DNA from: Candidatus Latescibacterota bacterium
Lineage (GTDB): Bacteria > Latescibacterota > UBA2968 > GCA-2709665
Assembly: GCA_965226795.1 (NCBI GenBank)
Contig: CBDDDZ010000005.1
Coordinates: forward strand, 2,496,001 to 2,560,000
Reading direction: 5' to 3'
Length of the DNA: 64,000 nucleotides
The notes under the pieces are model-generated. The model saw nothing but the letters and a program-made list of their open reading frames with translations. It was not told the origin of the DNA and made no database searches. Below, piece by piece: positions 51,580-59,274 of this stretch (positions are counted from its first letter, which is position 1; every line of letters starts with the position of its first letter). Position numbers and translations under genes: made by a program.

Positions 51580-52299
51580 TTACCGCCAGAAGTACATCTT
51601 GAACTGCGCGCCAACGTCGACCATGTGAATGGGGCGCACTTTTTCCAGGCCGTAGAACAGCATATTGCGCAATTCGCCCACCACAAAGGTATAGCGGGCG
51701 CGCAGGTCGATGGCCAGGTTCTCGGTTACGAAACCCTCGACACCAAAGCCGGCATTGGCGCCGATGGTATATCGCTGATCGATCTGTTTCTCCATGACAA
51801 AGCCCAAGTCTATAGGATCGTTTGTCTGGCGGGAATAAACCAGGTTGCTGTTAATCGAGAAGTAACGATAGAGACCACCGCCAACCAGGAAATAATACCG
51901 ATAATCCCTGGCCTTGAACCCGTGCGTGGCGTTCTCCTCGCCGACAAAAAGCAGACCATTCACGATCAGGTTGTTCCACGTGATTTCGGACTTGCCGTTC
52001 GGGTGCTGGTATTCCTGTTGGTCGATCGCGTACATCCAGAGATCGGATGCCGGTTTCCCGTTGGTGAACTTCGAGTAGTTGTACTCGATTTCAATAACGG
52101 TGCGCTGGCTCGATACGTAGCTTATCGTTGCTCCGTATTTGCCCGTGGCGCCCCAGCGCTCGCCGAGCCGAAGCATCGGGATGTTGTAATCGGCGATCCC
52201 GCCGACCGCCCATTTACCTTCCTGGGCCAATGCGCTGTCTGACAAGCCCATTGCCACCAGAGCAAATACAGCCAGAAAAGCGAAACGCACAACTTTCAT
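51580..52299 (-). CDS. Outer-membrane beta-barrel protein (8-strand type)
   Basis: Signal peptide ALA-Q, YYFLVGGG, GANAGFGVE, C-terminal FKMYFWR; GGAGGTGA RBS. Confidence 0.8.
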   Translation of the reverse strand: MKVVRFAFLAVFALVAMGLSDSALAQEGKWAVGGIADYNIPMLRLGERWGATGKYGATISYVSSQRTVIEIEYNYSKFTNGKPASDLWMYAIDQQEYQHPNGKSEITWNNLIVNGLLFVGEENATHGFKARDYRYYFLVGGGLYRYFSINSNLVYSRQTNDPIDLGFVMEKQIDQRYTIGANAGFGVEGFVTENLAIDLRARYTFVVGELRNMLFYGLEKVRPIHMVDVGAQFKMYFWR

Positions 52300-52422
52300 C
52301 TACTCACCTCCCTCTTGAGAGTGAATGAAGCGGAAACTCCCCTCCGCCCTTCCCCTCGTCCCACGAACGGAATTTGCGAAGCGGACTCCTTTTAACTCGA
52401 TAGACGACCTCCTCTCTTTTAA

Positions 52423-52452
52423 GCTGTCAGCGATCAGTTGTCAGCGGTTAGC
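52423..52452. repeat. Heptamer tandem repeat (GCTGTCA-like) in the operon leader
   Basis: GCTGTCA-GCGATCA-GTTGTCA-GCGGTTA-GC. Confidence 0.55.
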
Positions 52453-52743
52453 AATGTCAAACAGCCCGTCACCGTGATGGAAATCCGAAACCGAGAGCGA
52501 GTTCGGGGTTTATCGCCCTTTACCGCCCGCCTTTCAGTTGGGGGACATGTGCCAAATCCGGGAACTATTCAGGTGTTACGGTGTCTGACGGACAGACTAC
52601 AAAAAAAACGTAATCCAACATGAAAGAATCATGCCGACTACGCCCCGGCGTTTACCAGACATCTAGAATATGAATAAGACATAAAAAAAAACCGGATGAA
52701 CGCTGGAGATTAATATATGGCACACTACCCCTTAGTCCATAGA

Positions 52744-52780
52744 AATTTAGTTGGCCCAGACAAATTTGTCAAGTTTTTTT
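52744..52780 (-). promoter_or_regulatory. Sigma70 promoter of the barrel/TonB operon with overlapping palindrome
   Basis: Minus strand A-tract, TTGACA-17 nt-TAAATT; perfect palindrome GACAAATTTGTC at 52759-52770. Confidence 0.65.
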
Positions 52781-52958
52781 TGTTGGCCCGCGGGTGAAAT
52801 GATCTGCTCTGATTTCCGCGTCGACTTCAAAATGACGATTGAAACCGGCACAAAGTTGGCACCCGAATAGATTTGAGCCTTTACAGATCTATCCGGCCGG
52901 TAGCCGGAGAAAAACACGGCGCGATGCCGCAGGCGGATTTTCTCAAGGGGACCACACG

Positions 52959-52996
52959 AAAACGGACGGATTGCGGGCCAACCGAAATCCGTCCGT
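52959..52996 (-). terminator. Terminator after GWxTD paralog 3
   Basis: 11-bp inverted repeat ACGGACGGATT/AATCCGTCCGT followed by TTT on the minus strand. Confidence 0.55.
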
Positions 52997-53033
52997 GATT
53001 TCGGAGACACTCCGCGCCCGGGGACCTCCGACC

Positions 53034-55445
53034 TTACTTCTCCAGGATCTGAAACCGGCCCTCGCGAACCGTCTGCTGGCCGCTCACGAGATCCTTCACC
53101 GTCATTTTAACCCGGTAGCGCCCGGATTTGCCCTTTCGCAGGTCCAACTCGACGTAGTCGGACTCGTGAGGCGAGGCGCCCACCTGTTTGTAGCTGACCG
53201 ATACCATCTCGCCCGACCCCTTCCGGGCCAGCGTTTTCAGCTTCTTTTTCCCCCTGCGCACCTCGTACCCGACCTCGTAACGGGTGTTACCGAACGCATC
53301 CCGCGTCAAATTGTAGATTTCGAAGTAGACGAAAACCGGATCGCCCGAACGAAACGCCCGGGACGGCGCAGCGGAAATCTGCCATTCCCCCCTTACCGAC
53401 CTGGGGTCTGAATTCGGGCCGGCCTCGCTTACGAGGTAGGCCACCTGCAAATCGCTCAGGAGTAACTGCCCGCCATCGTAGTCGGGTACCTCGACCTCCT
53501 GGTGATATGCCTGAAGCCGGTTGGTATTCAGTCTGGACATCTGTAGCGCCAGCCGATAGGTGCCGGGCGCCGCAGTCAGGTCGACCCGGTCCACGGCCAA
53601 CAACCCCGTGCCTTTTCCGACCGACGATATCCGCACGTCCAGCCGATCCCGTGTCTTCCGCACCTGTTCCGTCCGGTTTTCGATCAGGGCGATGCGCCGG
53701 TCCAGAGTAACCGTTGTGTCGCGGTCTCCGGCCACCAGGACGTTGTCCAGCGGCAGTCCCAGATTCAGTTGAAGGTCCGCCTTTCCGTTGCGCCCCCGGA
53801 ACGTAAGGGCTTCGTAATAGAACTCCATGGGATCCAGATGGGAGATGTCGTATCGCTCGGGCATATCCTTCGAGATTCGCGCGACCCGGGCGCCCGGCGC
53901 CAGGTTGGGCAATCGCGACATCAGGCTGCGCATGGGGCCCATGCGTTGCATGGCGAGCTCGTTCAGATCGTACCCGTCGGGTGTCGGTTCCGGAGCGAAA
54001 TCGTAGATACCACTGTACAATTCATCCGTAAACACGACCTCTAAGCCGTTTGCGATATCCGCATAAATCCAGACCTCCCAGCCCACCTTCGAGTAATCCA
54101 TGCTTGTGGTGACCGGCTTGTAATACGTGAGTCCCACGTCGATTTCCTCAGGGCCGGACAACGGCTTGTGACTGGTCCCCCAGACCGACTGGGAAAGCGC
54201 GCGTTCGGCCGAACGGTCCGACCGAATGGGATACACCGGGCCAATGAAGTTCATATCGTGCCCGTGCTTTCCATAAAGCTGAAACGCCAGTCTTTCCTGT
54301 ACCCGCTGCACCTTGAGCGGCACCTGGGCGTTGATTTGCTTCCTACTTGACTGCCAGTCGGGTTCTCCGTACCTGACGAACACCCGGCCGCGGGCGTCGA
54401 AGGGCCACTTGATCTCACCATACAGGGTCATTGCCCGCCACACACGCCGGTAGTGCTCCACCCGACGCATCGCGCCGCCGCTCGTCTGGAACGGGTCGCG
54501 CTTCAGCCAGAATCGCCTCAGGAACGTCTCCCGCTTCTTCGGTGGCGTGTTCTGAAAGGCCCGGGCATCCTCCGGCGCGGCCACAATGGATATGCCATGA
54601 TATACCGACCGTGCCTTCTCCGGCTGCAGTGAAACATACCGCTCGAACGCCTCGAGGGCCTCTTCGTGATCTCCCCAGGCGGCCAGGACCTGCGCCTCAA
54701 GAGGCAGCCCCCTCTGGGAACCCATCAGCGCCGCCAGTTGCAGCACCTCGTCGTACCGCCCGATCTCCAGAAGATGCAGCGCGAAGTCGAACGCGGATTC
54801 CTCATCTTCGGGGTGGCGCGAGAGGAACTCCTGAAAATACCTGATGGCTTCCCGCGCATTCCCCCGGGACAGATGAAAATCGGCCAGCAGCATGTACGAC
54901 GGCGCGTGGTCCGGGTCGTAACGGAGCGCCTCCCGGACCGAGGCCAAAACCTCGTTCTTCTTGCGCATTTTCAGATATGCCCGTCCCATCAGTTGATGGG
55001 CGTCGACATAGGTGGAATCGATGCGAATGGCGTGTTTGAGGTTCGTCACCGCCCGTTTGGGATTATTCATCAACTCGAGATAAACCCGTCCCAGGCCGTA
55101 CCGCGCCGCCACCAGCGTGGAATCCTCAATCAGCGCGTCTGCGAAACGCGCCCTCGCCCGTTGCGCATCCCTCGCCTTCAGATAGAGCATTCCAAGACGC
55201 ACGCGCAGCAGGGCAGGGTTGGGATACGCTTTCAGGGCTCCTTCCAATTGTCCGATCGCCACCCTTATGGAATCGGGGTGGTCAGACTTCACTGTGCGGA
55301 TGTAGACCGCGTCGACCTCCCTCGGAGAAAGCGCATCCGCCGGGGCAGTTGGCGGGCCCGCCACCATCCACGCCGTCAACATACCAGCCGCGACACCTAA
55401 CCATCTCGGGATACGGGATCGTCTGCTCTCGCGCTGCATCTCCAT
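53034..55445 (-). CDS. Exported TPR + GWxTD domain protein (paralog 3)
   Basis: Signal-like N-terminus, TPRs, FWLKRDP...EHYRRV, PFDARGRVFVRYGEPD, VFVYFEIYNL; AGGAGG RBS. Confidence 0.85.
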   Translation of the reverse strand: MEMQRESRRSRIPRWLGVAAGMLTAWMVAGPPTAPADALSPREVDAVYIRTVKSDHPDSIRVAIGQLEGALKAYPNPALLRVRLGMLYLKARDAQRARARFADALIEDSTLVAARYGLGRVYLELMNNPKRAVTNLKHAIRIDSTYVDAHQLMGRAYLKMRKKNEVLASVREALRYDPDHAPSYMLLADFHLSRGNAREAIRYFQEFLSRHPEDEESAFDFALHLLEIGRYDEVLQLAALMGSQRGLPLEAQVLAAWGDHEEALEAFERYVSLQPEKARSVYHGISIVAAPEDARAFQNTPPKKRETFLRRFWLKRDPFQTSGGAMRRVEHYRRVWRAMTLYGEIKWPFDARGRVFVRYGEPDWQSSRKQINAQVPLKVQRVQERLAFQLYGKHGHDMNFIGPVYPIRSDRSAERALSQSVWGTSHKPLSGPEEIDVGLTYYKPVTTSMDYSKVGWEVWIYADIANGLEVVFTDELYSGIYDFAPEPTPDGYDLNELAMQRMGPMRSLMSRLPNLAPGARVARISKDMPERYDISHLDPMEFYYEALTFRGRNGKADLQLNLGLPLDNVLVAGDRDTTVTLDRRIALIENRTEQVRKTRDRLDVRISSVGKGTGLLAVDRVDLTAAPGTYRLALQMSRLNTNRLQAYHQEVEVPDYDGGQLLLSDLQVAYLVSEAGPNSDPRSVRGEWQISAAPSRAFRSGDPVFVYFEIYNLTRDAFGNTRYEVGYEVRRGKKKLKTLARKGSGEMVSVSYKQVGASPHESDYVELDLRKGKSGRYRVKMTVKDLVSGQQTVREGRFQILEK

Positions 55446-55533
55446 AAACCTCCTGGTCGAACTCGATAATTTATAAGCAAGACGTCAGCGGATCGCCAAG
55501 CTCCACGACTCCACGTCCGTCACACAGCGGCCA

Positions 55534-55687
55534 CACTGTCATGCAGAGGAAGCCGCCAGGTTGCCGATCCGTCCGTCACACGTTGCTCCGCACAGATAAT
55601 CCCGCATGTAAAATGGGACAGACGGGAGATTCTTCGACTGCGCTCAGAATGACGGGTCGGCCTTTCATCAGACATCTGAGATCCCTT
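55534..55687. repeat. Third copy of the GTCAT...ATGAC REP/MITE unit
   Basis: CACTGTCATGCAGAGGAAGCC (55534), CGGGAGATTCTTCGACTGCGCTCAGAATGAC (55623) and TGAGATCCCTT (55677) match the 38.4-38.75 kb element. Confidence 0.8.
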
Positions 55688-55840
55688 CCGCGATGCCCTC
55701 AATGCGCCGCAAATCACCGGCACGCGGGATACGAATCGACGTTTGCCATTTTAACGAATCAGCGCCGAAAAAGATCGCATGAATTTACCAAAATTACAGA
55801 TCCAGACACAAATGCAAACGTATCGCGAGCGGCGTTAACG

Positions 55841-55870
55841 AAAGGCCCCCGGATGTCTCCGAGGGCTTTT
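55841..55870. terminator. Bidirectional-type terminator after the DUF3179 gene
   Basis: AAAGGCCCCCGGA-TGTC-TCCGAGGGCTTTT. Confidence 0.6.
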
Positions 55871-55917
55871 TATCGCCAATAACGCACCTATTTATAGGAG
55901 TACGATCGATCCCTCAC

Positions 55918-57135
55918 TCAGTGAATGCCCAGGTTCTGCCAGAACGTGCCCCAAGCGAACCAGAACCCGTAGTGCGAGGGCAACTGAGTCAGCTTCTTAC
56001 CCTCGTGTGTGCCGGCCACGCCCTCTCCCTTCAGGTTCCAGGTTGTTCCGGTCTCTTTGTCTTTCAGCAGGAACGGATACGCGCTCTGGGTCGAAGTCAC
56101 CCTCTCGAACGTGAGCGTGGTTGCCTGGCCATTCACGTTTATCTCCCGCGAGAAAGGAATGGCCAGCTGGGCATCCCTGTAGTGGACGACCAGGATGGGA
56201 TGCTCATTGGCGCCGTCGACGATCACGTCGTTGATGACGTCTTCGTCGTGCATAGCCTGAAAGGGATAGGCCTTCACCATGTCTCCGAAGCGGACGCCCA
56301 TCGCCAGGTCCTTGGCGCCGAACAGGTCCGACGTGGCTGTGTTCATGTTCGGAAAATTGATATACGAATGCGTCGTCCGATAATCATCTCCCGTGGTGTT
56401 GTCAAAATATGGATACTGGGTGTATTGGCTGATGGGGTAACGGGTTCCGTTTCCGTCGATCACCTTTGTATCGGGATGGATCCGTTTCCAGTATTCCCAG
56501 GTGCACTCGGTCACCGGCAGCAGTTCCAGTTCCTCGCCCAATCGGGGGCCCTGTATCCCCTTATAAATCATCTGCGGGTAAAGCGACTGTCTGTCCCGCC
56601 GGTCGTACATAATCAGGTTGTTGTTGAACAACAGGCCGGACACACCCACGTGTATCCGTTCGCCATCGTCGGCCGCGCCGTCGAACACCATCCCCGTGCC
56701 GGTCAGGGGACAGAGTGTCACGATTACGCTTTCGTCGCCCGCCGTATCATTAATAATCTCGTGCCACCAGCCAATATTGTGCGGATAGGCCCTGGCCTCT
56801 CCATCAATCACAATCCCCATGACAATATCGTGGTCTCGAAGATACCCCGCTCCCGCTGCGCCGACGCTGACGAAATCCGGATCGGTCAGCGCTGGAATAC
56901 AGTCGGCGCCGGCGCAGCCGGATGTTATCGCGTCGAACGGAAATGAAAGCACGTCCAGAAAGTTGCCGCCGGCCATGGGGTTTCGCGCGTGCGCGCTTCG
57001 GCTGGGGCCGTCCGCAATGGTACCCGATCCACCGCCGCCGGTGCCGCCGGTCGGACCGCTAACCGTGTCCCCGCCGCCGCCGCAGGCCGCAAATATCATG
57101 GAAAGAATCAAGGGTAACGAAAAGAGTCGCTTCAT
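55918..57135 (-). CDS. DUF3179 lipoprotein
   Basis: Lipobox FAAC + Gly-rich linker, IPALTDP, ARAYP, HEIIND, TLCPLTG, GVSGLLFNNNLIMYDR, FWFAW. Confidence 0.88.
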   Translation of the reverse strand: MKRLFSLPLILSMIFAACGGGGDTVSGPTGGTGGGGSGTIADGPSRSAHARNPMAGGNFLDVLSFPFDAITSGCAGADCIPALTDPDFVSVGAAGAGYLRDHDIVMGIVIDGEARAYPHNIGWWHEIINDTAGDESVIVTLCPLTGTGMVFDGAADDGERIHVGVSGLLFNNNLIMYDRRDRQSLYPQMIYKGIQGPRLGEELELLPVTECTWEYWKRIHPDTKVIDGNGTRYPISQYTQYPYFDNTTGDDYRTTHSYINFPNMNTATSDLFGAKDLAMGVRFGDMVKAYPFQAMHDEDVINDVIVDGANEHPILVVHYRDAQLAIPFSREINVNGQATTLTFERVTSTQSAYPFLLKDKETGTTWNLKGEGVAGTHEGKKLTQLPSHYGFWFAWGTFWQNLGIH

Positions 57136-57517
57136 ACCTGACCTCCGGTGGGTGGCCCCGCGGCGCCCGGGAGACGGGCGTTTCGGATTGACTGACAGAA
57201 TTCGTATTTCGGGAAATAATATACCCGGTCCTGCATCGAATGTAAACCTTACTGTATCGGATTGATGGGAAAAGTGGTCGACTGGGTGATTTTCCGGTCA
57301 ATTTATCACACAGAGCACCTTATGGATCACGTGATACTCCTCTGTAGCATGGGCGATAAGTGTCAACTATTAACTGCTCCTGACAATATATGCGTTCGTT
57401 TCGGCAAGCAACGCAAGCAACGCATGAAACAGACGTCATTCGGCCGCAAACGGGATCCCAACCCGCACGCTGACAACGATCCTGAGCCGCTTTCCGAACC
57501 TGTGGCCCGGAGCCCCG

Positions 57518-57584
57518 CCCTGAGCTTGCTCCCTGAGCCTGTCGAAGGGTAGCGAAGCACGAGCATTTCGACAAGCTCAATGAC
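57518..57584. repeat. REP-like element (TGAGCCTGTCGAA / TTCGACAAGCTCA), apparently nested
   Basis: CCCTGAGC occurs twice; arms at 57534-57546 and 57567-57579 pair with one mismatch. Confidence 0.6.
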
Positions 57585-57641
57585 CCGCGCTTCGTCAATC
57601 TCGCGTTGATCATTTGCACACGATGAAGACCAGGCAGGCGT

Positions 57642-59171
57642 TCACCAGACCCCATCGGACTCCCACAATTCCTGGTGACCGAACGCTCGCGCGAATAGTA
57701 TAAAATCGCCAAATCCGACAACACCGTCCATGTCCAGATCGTATCTGGCATACGGCGATTCCAACCGCCCGATTGTTCGCCCGAACGCCCCGGCGAACAT
57801 CACAAAATCCGCGAAATCCACGCTCTCGCTGTTGTCGAAATCCGCGCTGGCCGACGCCCGCGTCTGCAGGAACAACTGCCATATAAACTGATATATCGGA
57901 TCCTCAATGCGTTTGATCAGGGCATAGGTGACCACCCCCTCGGCAAACCCCTTCCGCATCTGGGAGACCGCCATCCGCACCTTGTCCTGAATCCGCGCCG
58001 GCGTTACCGGCGGCCCGTTTCGTTTCTCGAACTGCGGCCGATTCGCCGCAACCATAACCACCAGCGGCAGGCGGAATCGCCCGGCGCCCCGATAGGCCGG
58101 TAGCGTTGTCACCCGCCAGGGTTCCCGTGTGTCAACCGACCAGCCGCTCTCTCCAGTCAGGCCTTCGAGTTCGATCCCGTAGAATTCCACGTCCACGCCG
58201 AAATTGGATACCGCACTGCGGTCATAGACCCTTAAAACGACCTCGACATCGGTCTTTCCTGCCACATAAGGCGTGACATCGACCACCTCCTCCCGCCACT
58301 CCCGGTTCCCGCCACCCACGTCGTCGTCCCAGGCCAGCTGTCCGTCGACGAGCAGTTGCTTGAAATGATATCCTGTGGTCGGGCCTGTATAGTCGTCACG
58401 CTGCGAGAACCGGACGATATAGCGTTCGCCCGGACTCACCCGCATCCGGCGGCGGATGGATGCGGAGGTTCCGACGACGGACCGCGTATTCCATGGATAC
58501 GAGATCAGGTACCGCTCCGGCTCGTCGACCCGGTCGTTCAGGAAACGCGAGGCCCGCTGTATTACCGCGGCATCCGCGGGATAGGCCGCCACCGCGCCAT
58601 CGATCAGAGGGCCGTAGTCCGTCACGAACTGTATATCGATTTCGGGATAATACATCAGTGGCAGGAATCGCATTCCGGGGTTGAATGTTCTCGCGCGCTC
58701 CACCATGTTCTTCACGTACGCGGGGGTATAAAACGCTGCGTTTGCCATAAAATCGTCGATCACGAACGCCGTGAGGTTCGGATGGATCAGCCCCAGCCTC
58801 GCGATCTCCTCCGCCCACCTCAGGTAGTCCAGGCGAAAGGGCTCCGAATACCGCGTTCCGTAAATCGGCGGACTCTCCGACGGAGGCACCAGATAGGCCC
58901 AGACGTCAATGCCCACCTCCCGCGCCGCCGGCAGAAACAGCTTGAGATCGTCCCAGTCCGTCTCCCGGTGCCATATGAGATAAAAATAGGTATCCACACG
59001 GAGTTGCGTCAGGCGTGCGATCATGCTCTCGACGTCCAGACGCCCGTCACCGCCGCGAAGCTCCGCATTATAGTCCGCGAGCAGGCCGGGATTTTCCAGG
59101 AAACCCTCGCGGGCGCTCGCCCCGGCCGACCCGCAGAACGCGATCAGACCGGACAGGACCCACCACTTCAT
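57642..59171 (-). CDS. Secreted putative glycoside hydrolase-like protein with C-terminal dockerin/EF-hand pair
   Basis: Signal peptide, TIM-barrel-like region (FVIDDF), beta-sandwich insert, tail ADFDNSESVDFADF...YDLDMDGVVGFGDF. Confidence 0.7.
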   Translation of the reverse strand: MKWWVLSGLIAFCGSAGASAREGFLENPGLLADYNAELRGGDGRLDVESMIARLTQLRVDTYFYLIWHRETDWDDLKLFLPAAREVGIDVWAYLVPPSESPPIYGTRYSEPFRLDYLRWAEEIARLGLIHPNLTAFVIDDFMANAAFYTPAYVKNMVERARTFNPGMRFLPLMYYPEIDIQFVTDYGPLIDGAVAAYPADAAVIQRASRFLNDRVDEPERYLISYPWNTRSVVGTSASIRRRMRVSPGERYIVRFSQRDDYTGPTTGYHFKQLLVDGQLAWDDDVGGGNREWREEVVDVTPYVAGKTDVEVVLRVYDRSAVSNFGVDVEFYGIELEGLTGESGWSVDTREPWRVTTLPAYRGAGRFRLPLVVMVAANRPQFEKRNGPPVTPARIQDKVRMAVSQMRKGFAEGVVTYALIKRIEDPIYQFIWQLFLQTRASASADFDNSESVDFADFVMFAGAFGRTIGRLESPYARYDLDMDGVVGFGDFILFARAFGHQELWESDGVW

Positions 59172-59182
59172 TGCCTCGCTCC

Positions 59183-59211
59183 TTGACTAAACGCCCTGTT
59201 CCATTTATTTT
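59183..59211 (+). promoter_or_regulatory. Putative sigma70 promoter
   Basis: TTGACT-17 nt-TATTTT upstream of ATG 59275. Confidence 0.4.
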
Positions 59212-59274
59212 ATGCCCCCACAGGCAAGCCCGTACACCACCTGGCCTACTTGAATTTAACTACAATCCCGCCAA

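Noticed and set aside
52350..52385. c-di-GMP-I riboswitch (GCAAA...GGGACG on the minus strand)
   Set aside because: Lacks the GNRA loop, the following GCAAA and the second stem.
52500..52570. Cobalamin riboswitch upstream of the TonB receptor
   Set aside because: Only a TGTCCCCCAACTG resemblance; no GGGAA/GGTG core or B12 box.
52845..52862. Sigma54 promoter (GG-N10-GC)
   Set aside because: Poor match to TGGCAC-N5-TTGC and points away from any gene start.
57262..57751. Small ORFs in the DUF3179/GH intergenic region
   Set aside because: They run through REP sequence and lack an RBS or protein-like composition.
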